Below the pieces are notes generated by a model, which was not told the DNA's origin, ran no database searches, and saw only the letters and a program-made list of their open reading frames with translations. From a virus (Duplodnaviria > Caudoviricetes), in IMG/VR virus record IMGVR_UViG_3300047557_001894, positions 1-54,092 of that record: DNA of 54,092 nt. The stretch is one strand, 5' to 3'. The first letter of the stretch is position 1, and every line of letters begins with the position of its first letter. Made by a program: the position numbers and the translations under genes. Shown here in pieces: positions 32,976-43,185 of this stretch.

Positions 32976-33261
32976 CTGCCTCTTCTGCAAAGAGCCAGGC
33001 CCCGCGCGGTGCGCCTTCTGCAAGGCGTACTGCCCCTTCTCCGAAAACCGATTCGAGGATCGCTGGCTCGCGGTCTTGCGGTGGAAAGCCCACCGCTACT
33101 ACGCCTTCGTTGAAGAGGAAGGCGGCGTCCCAGAGCTCTACGCAGCCGAAGCCCGCCACGGGAGGCTCCGCGAGGCGGTCGATCTGCTCGAAGAAGCTCG
33201 CCTGCTCGATGCGAGGTTCCGCTCGATGTTCCCGTACCCCTACAAAAGAGAAGACTCGTAG
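32968..33261 (+). CDS. Small Cys-rich hypothetical protein
   Basis: CLFC...CAFC N-terminus; overlaps upstream stop. Confidence 0.6.
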   Translation: MCDCLFCKEPGPARCAFCKAYCPFSENRFEDRWLAVLRWKAHRYYAFVEEEGGVPELYAAEARHGRLREAVDLLEEARLLDARFRSMFPYPYKREDS

Positions 33262-33553
33262 GCGGAAGCGTCAGTGGGACCATTACCAGCGACGTAGGGC
33301 ACGGATTTTCGCCTACCTCGGGGGGTGCTGCGACGAGTGTGGGAAGACCCCAGAAGAGGCTTTCCTCGAAGTCGATCACGTTCGGCCTTCGATGAAAGCC
33401 TACGACCCGCTGCGAAGGTGGTCCCAGCGGTGGGAGGTACTGGTCGAAGAACTCGACAAGTGTGTTCTTCGCTGCCACGCGCCTTGTCACCGGGACAAAA
33501 CCACCGCGCACAGACGGGGAGAAGGCCCCCGCGAGGACGAGGTACCGTTCTAA
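33209..33553 (+). CDS. Small HNH endonuclease (start uncertain)
   Basis: LGGCCDECG...LEVDHV...ELDKCVLRC..CH..KT. Confidence 0.8.
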   Translation: MRGSARCSRTPTKEKTRRRKRQWDHYQRRRARIFAYLGGCCDECGKTPEEAFLEVDHVRPSMKAYDPLRRWSQRWEVLVEELDKCVLRCHAPCHRDKTTAHRRGEGPREDEVPF

Positions 33554-33560
33554 GAGGCAT

Positions 33561-34565
33561 ATGGACGCGCGATCAAAGGTGCTGAACGAGTTTCGAGCTG
33601 GTGCCAAGCGGATTGCCAAAAAGCACGGGGTCTCGCTTCAGCAAGCGATTGACGCAGTGCTTGATCCGCCTAGCTACTCAGGCGGTACCTGGCAGGCCAC
33701 CCAGCGAGAAGATCGGATTGAAGACCTCACAACGAATTGCTTGGTGTCGGCAGCCGCCGCCACAAGGGCCGAGGATACCGCTATTGAGCGGTGGATAGTG
33801 AATGCGGCAAAGGTCAGGCCGCCGGGTACATACGCCGTGGCTGAATCTAAGGAGAAGCCAGTGGGAGAAAACACCCCCAAGTTCGTGAAGGTCCGTACCC
33901 GTATTCGGAGCGAGAAAGCTGTGTGCGGGGATGACTCAAACCTGCACGCTAATCACATCGACGGGCTCGATATGTCTCGTGCGATCAACGTAACAAAAGA
34001 GAAAGAAGCTGCCATGAAGACGCCAAACCGAAGCCTCGTGTCTACCGCCGCCGGAACCTTCGTAGCCAAGCTGCGGAAGGGCAGCGGGCTGTCGGCAACC
34101 ACCGCTGCCGAAGGCGCCAAGCTCGCTGCCAAGCTGACGGGTGCGAAGATGGCGATGACGATTGCCCACAGGGGGGTGGTCAAGCTCGTCGAGAAGAGCC
34201 CCCTCCCCTTGGTCTACAAGGGGCCCGCCCTGTGGGCGCTCAACACCAAACCCGGCTTCGCTGCGGTGGGCGCTACCGCGGGCGCGATCCTGCCCTTCGC
34301 GCAGCCGTTCCTGCCGACGAAGTACCAGAGCGTCTGCGCCGAGGCGAGCTTCGTGCTCTCCACGCGCTCGCAGCAGTTTGTGTACGAGACCTGGGGCGAT
34401 GCCGCGGTGCAGTGGCTCTCGTCCATGCTCGACGAGATGGCTCCGGCGCTGGGCGTCTCCGTCCTGCCCGCAGAAGACGCCCCTCGCGAGCTCGATTCGC
34501 CCGCCGTCTCGGGTGAGGTGATGCCCAAGGTCCAGAGGAAGGTTCACGCGAAGAGCCCGCGATGA
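33561..34565 (+). CDS. Hypothetical protein (true start may be 34014)
   Basis: Open frame; the 3' half has typical codon usage, while the 5' half is lower in GC. Confidence 0.55.
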   Translation: MDARSKVLNEFRAGAKRIAKKHGVSLQQAIDAVLDPPSYSGGTWQATQREDRIEDLTTNCLVSAAAATRAEDTAIERWIVNAAKVRPPGTYAVAESKEKPVGENTPKFVKVRTRIRSEKAVCGDDSNLHANHIDGLDMSRAINVTKEKEAAMKTPNRSLVSTAAGTFVAKLRKGSGLSATTAAEGAKLAAKLTGAKMAMTIAHRGVVKLVEKSPLPLVYKGPALWALNTKPGFAAVGATAGAILPFAQPFLPTKYQSVCAEASFVLSTRSQQFVYETWGDAAVQWLSSMLDEMAPALGVSVLPAEDAPRELDSPAVSGEVMPKVQRKVHAKSPR

Positions 34566-34897
34566 GCCTGGACGTGTACCTCTACCGCCGCGACGAGGCG
34601 GGCGAAGAGCACGATCTGTACACGGCCAACATCACGCACAACCTCAACACGATGGCTGACAAGGCGGGCATCTACGAGCTGGTGTGGCGACCCGAGGAGG
34701 TCGGCATCGTCGTAGCCTCGCAGCTCATCGAGCCGCTGCGTAAGGGTATCGAGGTGCTCGAATCCGACCCCGAGTTCTTCGAGGCGTTCGAGCCCCCGAA
34801 CAAGTGGGGGTACCTACGCGCGATTCCTGCCGTGGCTGCGCGATTACCTTGCCGCGTGCGAGCATACCCCGACGCTCTGGTTCAGGTGTCCAGATGA
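34562..34897 (+). CDS. Conserved phage hypothetical protein (MSLDV...NITHNL...WRPEE), with probable paired frameshifts
   Basis: Recognisable motif set; see findings. Confidence 0.75.
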   Translation: MSLDVYLYRRDEAGEEHDLYTANITHNLNTMADKAGIYELVWRPEEVGIVVASQLIEPLRKGIEVLESDPEFFEAFEPPNKWGYLRAIPAVAARLPCRVRAYPDALVQVSR

Positions 34898-35058
34898 CCT
34901 GGCAGGCAGAGCTGATGTTGTTCCTCGGGTTCCTCCGAGAGAACTGGCCCCTGGTGTTGCTGTTCTGCGTTGTGATCCTGCTGTGCCTGCTCGGGCGCTG
35001 GGACATCGCCGCAGACATCGTGGACTCGATCCACCCGGACGACGACGAATCGAACTAA
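34894..35058 (+). CDS. Small membrane protein
   Basis: ATGA coupling; one TM segment; acidic tail. Confidence 0.6.
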   Translation: MTWQAELMLFLGFLRENWPLVLLFCVVILLCLLGRWDIAADIVDSIHPDDDESN

Positions 35059-35071
35059 GAAGGAGAGCATC

Positions 35072-35479
35072 ATGGAGACGACGACTGACCGAGTTCTGAA
35101 CGCCTTGGACAAGCTCAAGGAGGAGGCAAAAGCCGCGGGGATCGAGGAGGGCAGCGAAGCGTTCGGCAAGTTTCTCTCAGAGCGGCACGGTCCGGTGGTG
35201 GACGAAGAGATGGAGGGCATCCGTGACCAGGCAGATCGCATCCTCGAACAGCACGGGGGTGTCGGTGTTGCGATGCTGCTGGGTACCTTGATGACCCAGA
35301 TGAACAAGGACGTACTTTCCCGAGCTGAAACTGCGGGTTGCCCGGTCGGGGCTTTGATGGCGAAGATCGTCGACCACGAAGTCACGCAGATGATCTCGTC
35401 GACGATGACGCTCACGCGAGTAGTCATCGGGTTCGAGTCGCACGACCGCTCCTGTGACGCGAAGAAAGCGCCGGTCTAA
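35072..35479 (+). CDS. Hypothetical protein
   Basis: AAGGAG RBS. Confidence 0.75.
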   Translation: METTTDRVLNALDKLKEEAKAAGIEEGSEAFGKFLSERHGPVVDEEMEGIRDQADRILEQHGGVGVAMLLGTLMTQMNKDVLSRAETAGCPVGALMAKIVDHEVTQMISSTMTLTRVVIGFESHDRSCDAKKAPV

Positions 35480-35559
35480 GACCTAAGAGGGGGTTCCCTG
35501 TTTGCCCAGAGAGCCCCCGCGTGCGTCCTTGGCCCGGAATGCGCAGAATGGAGCCCGCC

Positions 35560-35841
35560 ATGTCCAACACAGAGCTTCAGACCTACCCCCCGATCTTGCC
35601 GCGAGACGCGCTCGACTACTCCGCAGACCTCCAGCGCGCTCTAGCCCACGTTCGTCATGCCCGCCGGTTGGCGAGCGAGATGCTCGTGCCGGATGACGAC
35701 CTGCACGAACTGGAGTCAAAGCTCCTTTCGCACGCAGAGCGGGCGCGCAGGTTCGCAACCGCCACAACCGCAGCCGCGTTCTGGTCGGGTGGCGACCCGA
35801 GCGTGCCTGTCTCGCGCGAGACGATCCTGCGCGCGCACTAG
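35560..35841 (+). CDS. Hypothetical protein
   Basis: GGAG RBS before ATG 35560. Confidence 0.65.
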   Translation: MSNTELQTYPPILPRDALDYSADLQRALAHVRHARRLASEMLVPDDDLHELESKLLSHAERARRFATATTAAAFWSGGDPSVPVSRETILRAH

Positions 35842-35853
35842 GATCGAAAGACG

Positions 35854-35896
35854 AAGGGCCGGGGAGAGGTGGTGCTCTCCCCGGCCCTTTGCTTTT
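35854..35896. terminator. Intrinsic terminator at the convergence of the two arms, possibly bidirectional
   Basis: 15-bp stem AAGGGCCGGGGAGAG / CTCTCCCCGGCCCTT, 6-nt loop, then TGCTTTT; A-rich on the other side. Confidence 0.85.
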
Positions 35897-35918
35897 GGCC
35901 TGTCCAACCAGAAGTTTC

Positions 35919-36917
35919 TTACGGTCCTGACCCAGGAGCGGGCAAGCCTTTCTTCTGGGCCGCCGACTCGATCGCAGCCTTGGTCACGGGGCCCGCGATC
36001 CCATCGACGGAGAGCCCGTGCGCCTTCTGAAAGTCCCGCACCGCCGTGGGGCCAGTGAAGCCCAAGTGGTGCATCCGGCAGGCGCACGCGAAGGCAGCCG
36101 CGCCTTCCCTGTCTGCCCGAGTGGGGAGCGCCCACCCGAAGGTCAGGGGGAGAGCGAGCAGCGCGGGAAGGGTGTCTGCGAAGGCGACGTGGTGGAGCTG
36201 GTAGTACGGCATCCAGTCTACGTCGATCGCATCGAGCTCCGTTCCTTCGGGATCGTCGGCCTTGATCCACCCTGCGCGCACAGCAGCGGCCCACGAGTCG
36301 AGCGCGCGCCTCTCTCTGTCCGGCAGCGCACCGCGTTTCGCAGTGACGACGCCTTCGCCCGCTGCGTAGACCTGCGGCAGGCTCGCGAGGATGGGCGATC
36401 CGGGCCCCAGCCACGCCTTCCACGGGTAGGTGGAATGCAGGCTGGGGTGGTCGTAGGCAGTGTGCCACTGCCACAGCGCCGGGAATCGCTCCTTGACCGC
36501 TGCGAGGCCGCCCTGGACGACGCCGTAGATGCGCTTCGCCTCTTCACTGGTCGGCGGACGCTTCCACGAGGCTTCTGCGTTCCAAACAACGGCGAAGGCA
36601 CCGACATCGCGAGCGATCTGCGCGAGCTCGACGAAGGTGTTGATGCCCTTGGCTTCGGTGTTTCGAGCCTTCGCCACTTCGCGGGCGATGGAGTCCACCC
36701 CGAAACCGCAGATGACCCCCGCGCCGGGGAGAATCTTGCGGAGCTCGGCCGCCGTTTGGCGGGGAGACCAGGAGTGAATCTGGACCGCTTCGGGCTTCGT
36801 CATGCTCAGAAGGGTTGCCGAGGCACGCAGGGCGGCGAGAGGTCCACCGTTGCCGTCGTACAGGGTCGGTACGGGACCGCGGAACCACGCCCCGCCGCAT
36901 GCGGCGTCGGTGGTCAC
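35919..36917 (-). CDS. Probable endolysin (uncharacterised N-terminal domain + C-terminal peptidoglycan-binding domain)
   Basis: AVRDFQKAHGLSVDGIAGPVT is a PG_binding_1 motif; the N-terminal part has an alternating beta/alpha pattern with WNAE; GTGA coupling. Confidence 0.75.
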   Translation of the reverse strand: MTTDAACGGAWFRGPVPTLYDGNGGPLAALRASATLLSMTKPEAVQIHSWSPRQTAAELRKILPGAGVICGFGVDSIAREVAKARNTEAKGINTFVELAQIARDVGAFAVVWNAEASWKRPPTSEEAKRIYGVVQGGLAAVKERFPALWQWHTAYDHPSLHSTYPWKAWLGPGSPILASLPQVYAAGEGVVTAKRGALPDRERRALDSWAAAVRAGWIKADDPEGTELDAIDVDWMPYYQLHHVAFADTLPALLALPLTFGWALPTRADREGAAAFACACRMHHLGFTGPTAVRDFQKAHGLSVDGIAGPVTKAAIESAAQKKGLPAPGSGP

Positions 36918-37639
36918 AACGACACCCGGCCCTTGAGGCCTTGCCCGTGGACTTCGCAGACCGCGAGGGCCACGCGGGCGGCCCAGATGTTCGGCGTACC
37001 GCCGCTTTCCAGCGTCCGGTAGTGCGTGCGCAGCGCCGCTTCCGCAGCCTGCGGGCCGAACCCGCCCAGGTTGTAGTGCGCCTTGAGCTGTTCGATGCGC
37101 GCGTCGCGACTCGTGACCGTTCCGGTGAGGAACAGCTCCATCGCAGCGCTCACGCCGTAGCCGTCGCCTTCGACTTTGCCGACGTAGATCGACCCATCCT
37201 CGGTCTGGGCCAGCACGCCCGCGAGGTACAGCACGCTGTGCGAGGTGAAGTCGGGCCACCCCGAGCCCTTCACCTGATCAGCGTGCTGCTTGACGTGCTG
37301 CCGCTCGTGCGGCTTCACCAAGAGGCGCTCGACCACAGCCTCTCGTGCGTGCATCCATCGCGGAGCCGAGATGCGGCGACCGTACGTGGTGACGTACGAG
37401 TCCGTAAAGGTCTTACCGTCGACCGCGGAGATCGCTGCGAGGGGGTCTTTCACCCCGATAAGCGACGAGATCATGCGGGCGACGGCCTTCACGTCCTTCA
37501 CCCGGTCCAGCCCCCACGCAGCAGCCTGCATGAAGGGGTCGTCCTCTTTGACGATCCAGTCCGCGGGGAACTCTTCGTCCATCCTCGCGTCGATCCGCTG
37601 CTCCAGTGCGATCAGATCGTCGATCATCGCCTGCGACAT
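36914..37639 (-). CDS. HEXXH zinc metallopeptidase-like protein
   Basis: VTTYGRRI...HERQHVKQ...E.DGY. Confidence 0.7.
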   Translation of the reverse strand: MSQAMIDDLIALEQRIDARMDEEFPADWIVKEDDPFMQAAAWGLDRVKDVKAVARMISSLIGVKDPLAAISAVDGKTFTDSYVTTYGRRISAPRWMHAREAVVERLLVKPHERQHVKQHADQVKGSGWPDFTSHSVLYLAGVLAQTEDGSIYVGKVEGDGYGVSAAMELFLTGTVTSRDARIEQLKAHYNLGGFGPQAAEAALRTHYRTLESGGTPNIWAARVALAVCEVHGQGLKGRVSL

Positions 37640-37644
37640 CGTGC

Positions 37645-38680
<1,036 letters not shown>

Positions 38681-38690
38681 GCCCTCGATG

Positions 38691-38891
38691 CTACCGCGTA
38701 GCGGTGAGCCTGGTGCCGCTCTCGCGTCGCCAACGGCTCACATCGGCGCCGAGGCGAGCCGCTTCGGTTTTCGTCTTCGCCGCCTTCTCGCAGACTTCCA
38801 TCGCAGCACGGCAAAGGTGCTGAACGGGGTCCATCGACCCGAACTTGGCGGTGATGACGTGATCGCGGGGTGCCTTAGCTACCGTGTTCAT
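38691..38891 (-). CDS. Small hypothetical protein
   Basis: GGGAG RBS, ATG 38891. Confidence 0.5.
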   Translation of the reverse strand: MNTVAKAPRDHVITAKFGSMDPVQHLCRAAMEVCEKAAKTKTEAARLGADVSRWRRESGTRLTATR

Positions 38892-39441
38892 CGCTGTGGT
38901 CTCCCTTGTGCGCTGCGATCCATCGGACGCGAGCCGCGCGGGTTTCCTCAGACAGGTCGCGAATGCCCTCTCGGAGTTCCGCAAGCGCCTGCGCTGAAGT
39001 TTCCAGCGAGGAGCTGTTCGCCGTCAACGCACTGGTGCAGGATTGGACAATCTGTACCATTTGTTGATTGCTAAGGTTCACGTCCGCTACCCGAGCTGCG
39101 TGCAGCTCATTCGTAGCTCGGAGGTGAGCCTCTTTGGCAGCCGCGAGTTCGGCATTCGCGCGCGTCGTAGTCTCGGCCAACAGCCGATTGTGGCGATCAT
39201 TCGCCTCGATGATCGCCAGCGCTTTCGCAGAGTCCGCTGTCGCGACGCGAGCCGTCAACTCCTTGATCTCCTTCGCAGCCTCCTTCCGTTCGGTGCGTGC
39301 GTCGATCCACAGGTACACGACGGCTAGCACGAGCAACACGCAGACCGCCCCGATGGGACCACTGGCCGCGAGCTTGCTCATCGCGTCGCTACCGGATGCG
39401 ACAACGGGGGGCACTTGATCCGCCTGTAGGAGCAGGTTCAT
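38875..39441 (-). CDS. Membrane-anchored coiled-coil protein (i-spanin or holin-like)
   Basis: One TM helix followed by a long coiled coil; located in the lysis region. Confidence 0.55.
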   Translation of the reverse strand: MNLLLQADQVPPVVASGSDAMSKLAASGPIGAVCVLLVLAVVYLWIDARTERKEAAKEIKELTARVATADSAKALAIIEANDRHNRLLAETTTRANAELAAAKEAHLRATNELHAARVADVNLSNQQMVQIVQSCTSALTANSSSLETSAQALAELREGIRDLSEETRAARVRWIAAHKGDHSDEHGS

Positions 39442-39468
39442 GGCCCGAGTGTATCCGCTGTTTGGTGG

Positions 39469-39867
39469 CTACGTTGGCCGACCCGACGTGGGGAGAATCA
39501 CGAAGGGCGAGACGGGGACCAAGCAGGTCCGGTCGTCGTCTGAAAGTCGCCAAACGTCGAAGATGTACCGCCGCGGAGGCATCCCGGCCGTGTCTGCGGG
39601 CGTGATCGTGAACTCCACGATGTTCCCCGTTGCGCTGGCAGTCTTGATGAACCCGACGGGGACAGAAAGCGCCATGGGAGATCGCTTCACCGTCAGCGAG
39701 TAACTCCCGTCGAGCGCCGCGGGTGTGCCGTCTGGGTAGACCATCTCGACACGGATGAGGGCAGATACGCCCAGCGGCAAATCGACCTGCTGTGCGCCGT
39801 ACTGCGGCACCCGTGGGTTGAAGGTGCGACCGTCGTTCACGACGCCGAGAAGAGTGACAACCAGCAC
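39469..39867 (-). CDS. BppU-N-like beta-sandwich virion protein
   Basis: LTVK...VEFTITPADT...YIFDV pattern; GGAGG RBS. Confidence 0.55.
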   Translation of the reverse strand: MLVVTLLGVVNDGRTFNPRVPQYGAQQVDLPLGVSALIRVEMVYPDGTPAALDGSYSLTVKRSPMALSVPVGFIKTASATGNIVEFTITPADTAGMPPRRYIFDVWRLSDDDRTCLVPVSPFVILPTSGRPT

Positions 39868-39876
39868 GCGAGCCTC

Positions 39877-40779
39877 CTATCGAGTGGAGATTCTACGGCC
39901 CGCGGCGGCTCCGAGTAACTTCTTCTCTGTAGCGCTCATTGCCTTCGGGGCGGGCGCGCGGATCGCGGAGAGTTTCGCCGGGTCGTAGCTCGTCCACAGT
40001 GCTTCCGTGCGCGTTACGCCTTTGCGAGCTTCCGCAGGCGCCACCCGGAGGGCGACCTCGAACGTGGTTCGGTACCACCCCGCGAACAGCTCATCGTCGT
40101 AGAGCGGGTTCGGGTAGCCCGAGATGGCGACCATTGCTCCGACCTCGCGGGCGCGGTTGCACGCGGCTGCAAATCGGCGGTGGTGGTTGTCGTCCATCTC
40201 GTGCGCGTACACGTCCTCGTCTACGCGAGAGGACAGCACGTACGGAGGATCGCAATAAACGAAGGCATCCGGCTTCGCGTACGAGTCAATCACCTGGATG
40301 GCGTCTCGGTTCTCGATCTCGATGACGCGGGAGAGCCGGTAGGCGTACTCCTCCAGGCGCTCGATCACACTCGCACTACGTTCGGGGACGGGAGAACCCG
40401 GCGTAGATCGCGCCCACCCGTTGCCTTGCTTTGCGATCCCTCCGAAGCTCTGCCGCGTCTTCATCCAGAAGCGGCGGGCCACGTCCAGATCGTCTACAGG
40501 CGGGTTGTACGCGGTTGCGTACTCGTCCGCGGAGTGGGGCGTGAGCCGCAGCACTCGTTCGAGCTCTTTGGGCCTGTCGCGCAGCACGCGGAAGAACGTC
40601 ACAACCTCCCGGTTGATGTCGTTGACCACCATTGTGCGGTAGCGACCTGGGGGGATGGCGAAGAAGACCGACCCACCCCCGAAGAACGGCTCGACGTACA
40701 TGGCTGCGGGAGGGAACAGCGGTAGGAGCTGGTTCATCATGCCGCCCTTTCCTCCGAACCAGCGTAGCGGGCCGCTCAC
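39877..40779 (-). CDS. dam: DNA adenine methyltransferase (Dam/D12 class)
   Basis: PLRWFGGK, YVEPFFGGGSV, NDIN, YCDPPY. Target specificity unknown. Confidence 0.92.
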   Translation of the reverse strand: MSGPLRWFGGKGGMMNQLLPLFPPAAMYVEPFFGGGSVFFAIPPGRYRTMVVNDINREVVTFFRVLRDRPKELERVLRLTPHSADEYATAYNPPVDDLDVARRFWMKTRQSFGGIAKQGNGWARSTPGSPVPERSASVIERLEEYAYRLSRVIEIENRDAIQVIDSYAKPDAFVYCDPPYVLSSRVDEDVYAHEMDDNHHRRFAAACNRAREVGAMVAISGYPNPLYDDELFAGWYRTTFEVALRVAPAEARKGVTRTEALWTSYDPAKLSAIRAPAPKAMSATEKKLLGAAAGRRISTR

Positions 40780-41066
40780 TTGGGTTCCGCCATCGACCAC
40801 GGGTAGGGACCGCTGCCAGCCTTGCGCGTCCAGCAGTGTTCGACCTTGGCGGTGCGGTACTGCATCCAAACTGCGACGAGCTGAAGGCAGGGCTGCCCTT
40901 CGCGGCACGCGGAGCACCCTGGGTGAGAGGACCACCCGTAGTCCTCGAAGACCATCGCTTCGCCGACGCGCACGGCTCTGTCGGGAATCTCGACTTCGAG
41001 GTCCGTGTTCGTGCCGACTTTTTCCCCGCCGATGAGCTCTTCGAGCTGCTTGATCTGAAACTTCAT
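40776..41066 (-). CDS. Hypothetical protein coupled to the methylase
   Basis: GGAGG RBS; HPGCSAC...C...HC. Confidence 0.7.
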   Translation of the reverse strand: MKFQIKQLEELIGGEKVGTNTDLEVEIPDRAVRVGEAMVFEDYGWSSHPGCSACREGQPCLQLVAVWMQYRTAKVEHCWTRKAGSGPYPWSMAEPK

Positions 41067-41104
41067 AGGCTACTCCTCCGAGCCGAACCCGGAGGAGTAG
41101 CCTA
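41066..41104 (-). promoter_or_regulatory. 15-bp perfect hairpin occluding an RBS
   Basis: TAGGCTACTCCTCCG / CGGAGGAGTAGCCTA with a 9-nt loop. Confidence 0.75.
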
Positions 41105-41117
41105 GCGCGTAACGCGG

Positions 41118-41693
41118 TTACTGAAACGTCCGCACGAAGCGGAGAGTGATCTCGTTGAGCTCGAACGAGCGCGGACCCAGGGGGTTGCCTTCGGGGTCGA
41201 ACTCCGATCCGAGCCAGGGGTTGAGTACCGACTCCCCGTACTCGCCCGTCCAGCAATCAGACTCGTCTCGCGGCGCGAGGCAGATGTGGTGCGGCCGGGC
41301 GTGCGTGTGCTTCCACTCGTACCAGTGGAGCACCTCGTGCCCGCAGACCGTCAGGAGCTGCGGGTCGCCGTGTGCGCAGGCGTAGTCGATGAACACCTCG
41401 TTGGTGCCGACCTCGTAGTAGCCGCCGCCATGCTCGCACCGAGCGCCCGAATCGAACGTGCGCAGGATGAGGTGTGCTTCGCTCGTAGTGCCGAAGCGGA
41501 AGGTAGCCCCCGTCGGCGCGAGGATGGTGGTCAGCGCCGAGAGTGCCCGACGATGCTCCGGGCGCCAAGCGGTCGGCGCTCCCGGCACGTCGTCCTCGAA
41601 AGCGATCACGTAGCGCTCGCCCGTTGCAGGCAGGGCGGGGGGCTCGCACGCGGCGAGCAGGAGCGCGAACAGGACGAGGATCAGACGGCCCAT
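41118..41693 (-). CDS. Lipoprotein with HEXXH zinc metallopeptidase motif
   Basis: MGRLILVLFALLLAAC lipobox; GHEVLH...PHH. Confidence 0.75.
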   Translation of the reverse strand: MGRLILVLFALLLAACEPPALPATGERYVIAFEDDVPGAPTAWRPEHRRALSALTTILAPTGATFRFGTTSEAHLILRTFDSGARCEHGGGYYEVGTNEVFIDYACAHGDPQLLTVCGHEVLHWYEWKHTHARPHHICLAPRDESDCWTGEYGESVLNPWLGSEFDPEGNPLGPRSFELNEITLRFVRTFQ

Positions 41694-42895
41694 ACAGGTT
41701 GCCTCCGGGGCTGGGCGAAGTTCAGGTCGTACAGCCATCCGTAGACGTGCCCGTTCGCGTTGTCGGACAGGACGTTCGTGTTGGCTGCGCTCACCGTACC
41801 AAGCGCCGACCCCGTGATGGAGCACTTCGTGACGGTGAGCCGGTTGCGGCCCATCGCTACGATGGTGGGTAGCCCGCCGCCGAACTGGACGAAAAACCGC
41901 AGCTCGTCCAGCGCATCCCATGTGAGCGGCGAGGTGGTGTTGTTGACGCCCCCCACTCGCACCGTCAGTACGCCCGTCGCGGTGTTGAGCGCGACGTAGT
42001 TACTAGCGTTCTGCCACCAGAGGTACGCGGTGCCTGTGTACCCGACGCTGCCGCGGGGGGAGTAGGTGAGCTCCAGCCCAAGCTGCCCACCTACGATGAA
42101 CGGCGCGATGTACGCCGCGCCCATCGTCAGGTAGCGCGCGGGGCGCGTGCCTGACGGGAACCACTCCGTTGCGAACGGGAGCGCCTCCCGCTGCGCGAAG
42201 TCCACGTAGGCTGATCGCGCGCCGGGGGCGAGCCCCCCAAACGCAGTCTGGTCTCGCCCGTCTACTGGCACGATCGCAGACGAGGAAGTGGCAGTCCCCG
42301 TGGCAGCGAGGCGGGCCCACGAAGCAGCCGCGCCTCCGTTGTTCGGCACGCGCGGCGTTGGGGTCAGAAACAGGTTGAACCCGGGCGGCCCGCCGTTCGC
42401 TGAGAGCACGTAAGAGCTGACGGTGACGACTCCCGCCGACCCGCTGGCGGCGTTCTCTCCGACGCCGAACACCCCGCTGGGGGCGTCTACGCGCCATGCG
42501 TTCGTGCCCCCCAGCGGCGTAGTCTGCGCGGGCACCTGCGCGCGCGAAGCGCCCCCGCCCAACGCCCAGTTGGCCGTGCCGAAGTTCCGGGGGTCGAGCA
42601 CGAGCTGCGTCGATGGGCCGTCTACGATCACCCCGCCGTTGCGCGTGTCGTCCGGGCGTCCCCACAGGATCGTGTTGGGGACTCCCGCAAGGAAGCTCAC
42701 ATCGAACACGAGGCCCGCGCCCCACTGAATCGTCTCCGAGCTGGCCGCCTTCGTGACGGTGAACTGAGGCATCCCCGTGAACGACGAGGCGAAGCCGAAC
42801 GAGCTCACGCGGAAGGTGAAGCGTGCGGCGAAGATCAGGTCCGGGGGCGCGAGCCGCCCGCCCCCACTCATCAGGGCGCCGAGAAACTGCGGCAC
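41681..42895 (-). CDS. Beta-rich virion/fibre protein (carbohydrate-binding-like domains)
   Basis: Gly/Ala/Thr-rich; sugar-binding-module-like pattern; late-gene context. Confidence 0.6.
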   Translation of the reverse strand: MPQFLGALMSGGGRLAPPDLIFAARFTFRVSSFGFASSFTGMPQFTVTKAASSETIQWGAGLVFDVSFLAGVPNTILWGRPDDTRNGGVIVDGPSTQLVLDPRNFGTANWALGGGASRAQVPAQTTPLGGTNAWRVDAPSGVFGVGENAASGSAGVVTVSSYVLSANGGPPGFNLFLTPTPRVPNNGGAAASWARLAATGTATSSSAIVPVDGRDQTAFGGLAPGARSAYVDFAQREALPFATEWFPSGTRPARYLTMGAAYIAPFIVGGQLGLELTYSPRGSVGYTGTAYLWWQNASNYVALNTATGVLTVRVGGVNNTTSPLTWDALDELRFFVQFGGGLPTIVAMGRNRLTVTKCSITGSALGTVSAANTNVLSDNANGHVYGWLYDLNFAQPRRQPVWAV

Positions 42896-42896
42896 G

Positions 42897-43178
42897 TCAG
42901 CCCTCCGCGACGATCTGCACGACGATACCCGAGGCGGCGGCCCCTCGCTTCAGCCACACGCGCGTAGTCCTCTGGCTGAACACCATCCCGGCGCTCGGAG
43001 TGCCAGGAGTGAGCTGTGCGTCGTCGCTCTGACCATCGAAGCTCACGAGGGCGTTCGCTCCCGTCGGTCCTTCGTTGACGACCGCGATGGACTTCGGAAC
43101 GAATGGAATCACTACCTGTGGGGTGCCGGGGTAGCTGCTCACCGCATCGAGCGTGATGACCTGTCGGTAGATTGCCAT
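42897..43178 (-). CDS. Small beta-rich virion-associated protein
   Basis: ATG 43178; SIAVVNEG...VSFDG...VWLK. Confidence 0.6.
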   Translation of the reverse strand: MAIYRQVITLDAVSSYPGTPQVVIPFVPKSIAVVNEGPTGANALVSFDGQSDDAQLTPGTPSAGMVFSQRTTRVWLKRGAAASGIVVQIVAEG

Positions 43179-43185
43179 GCGACGA

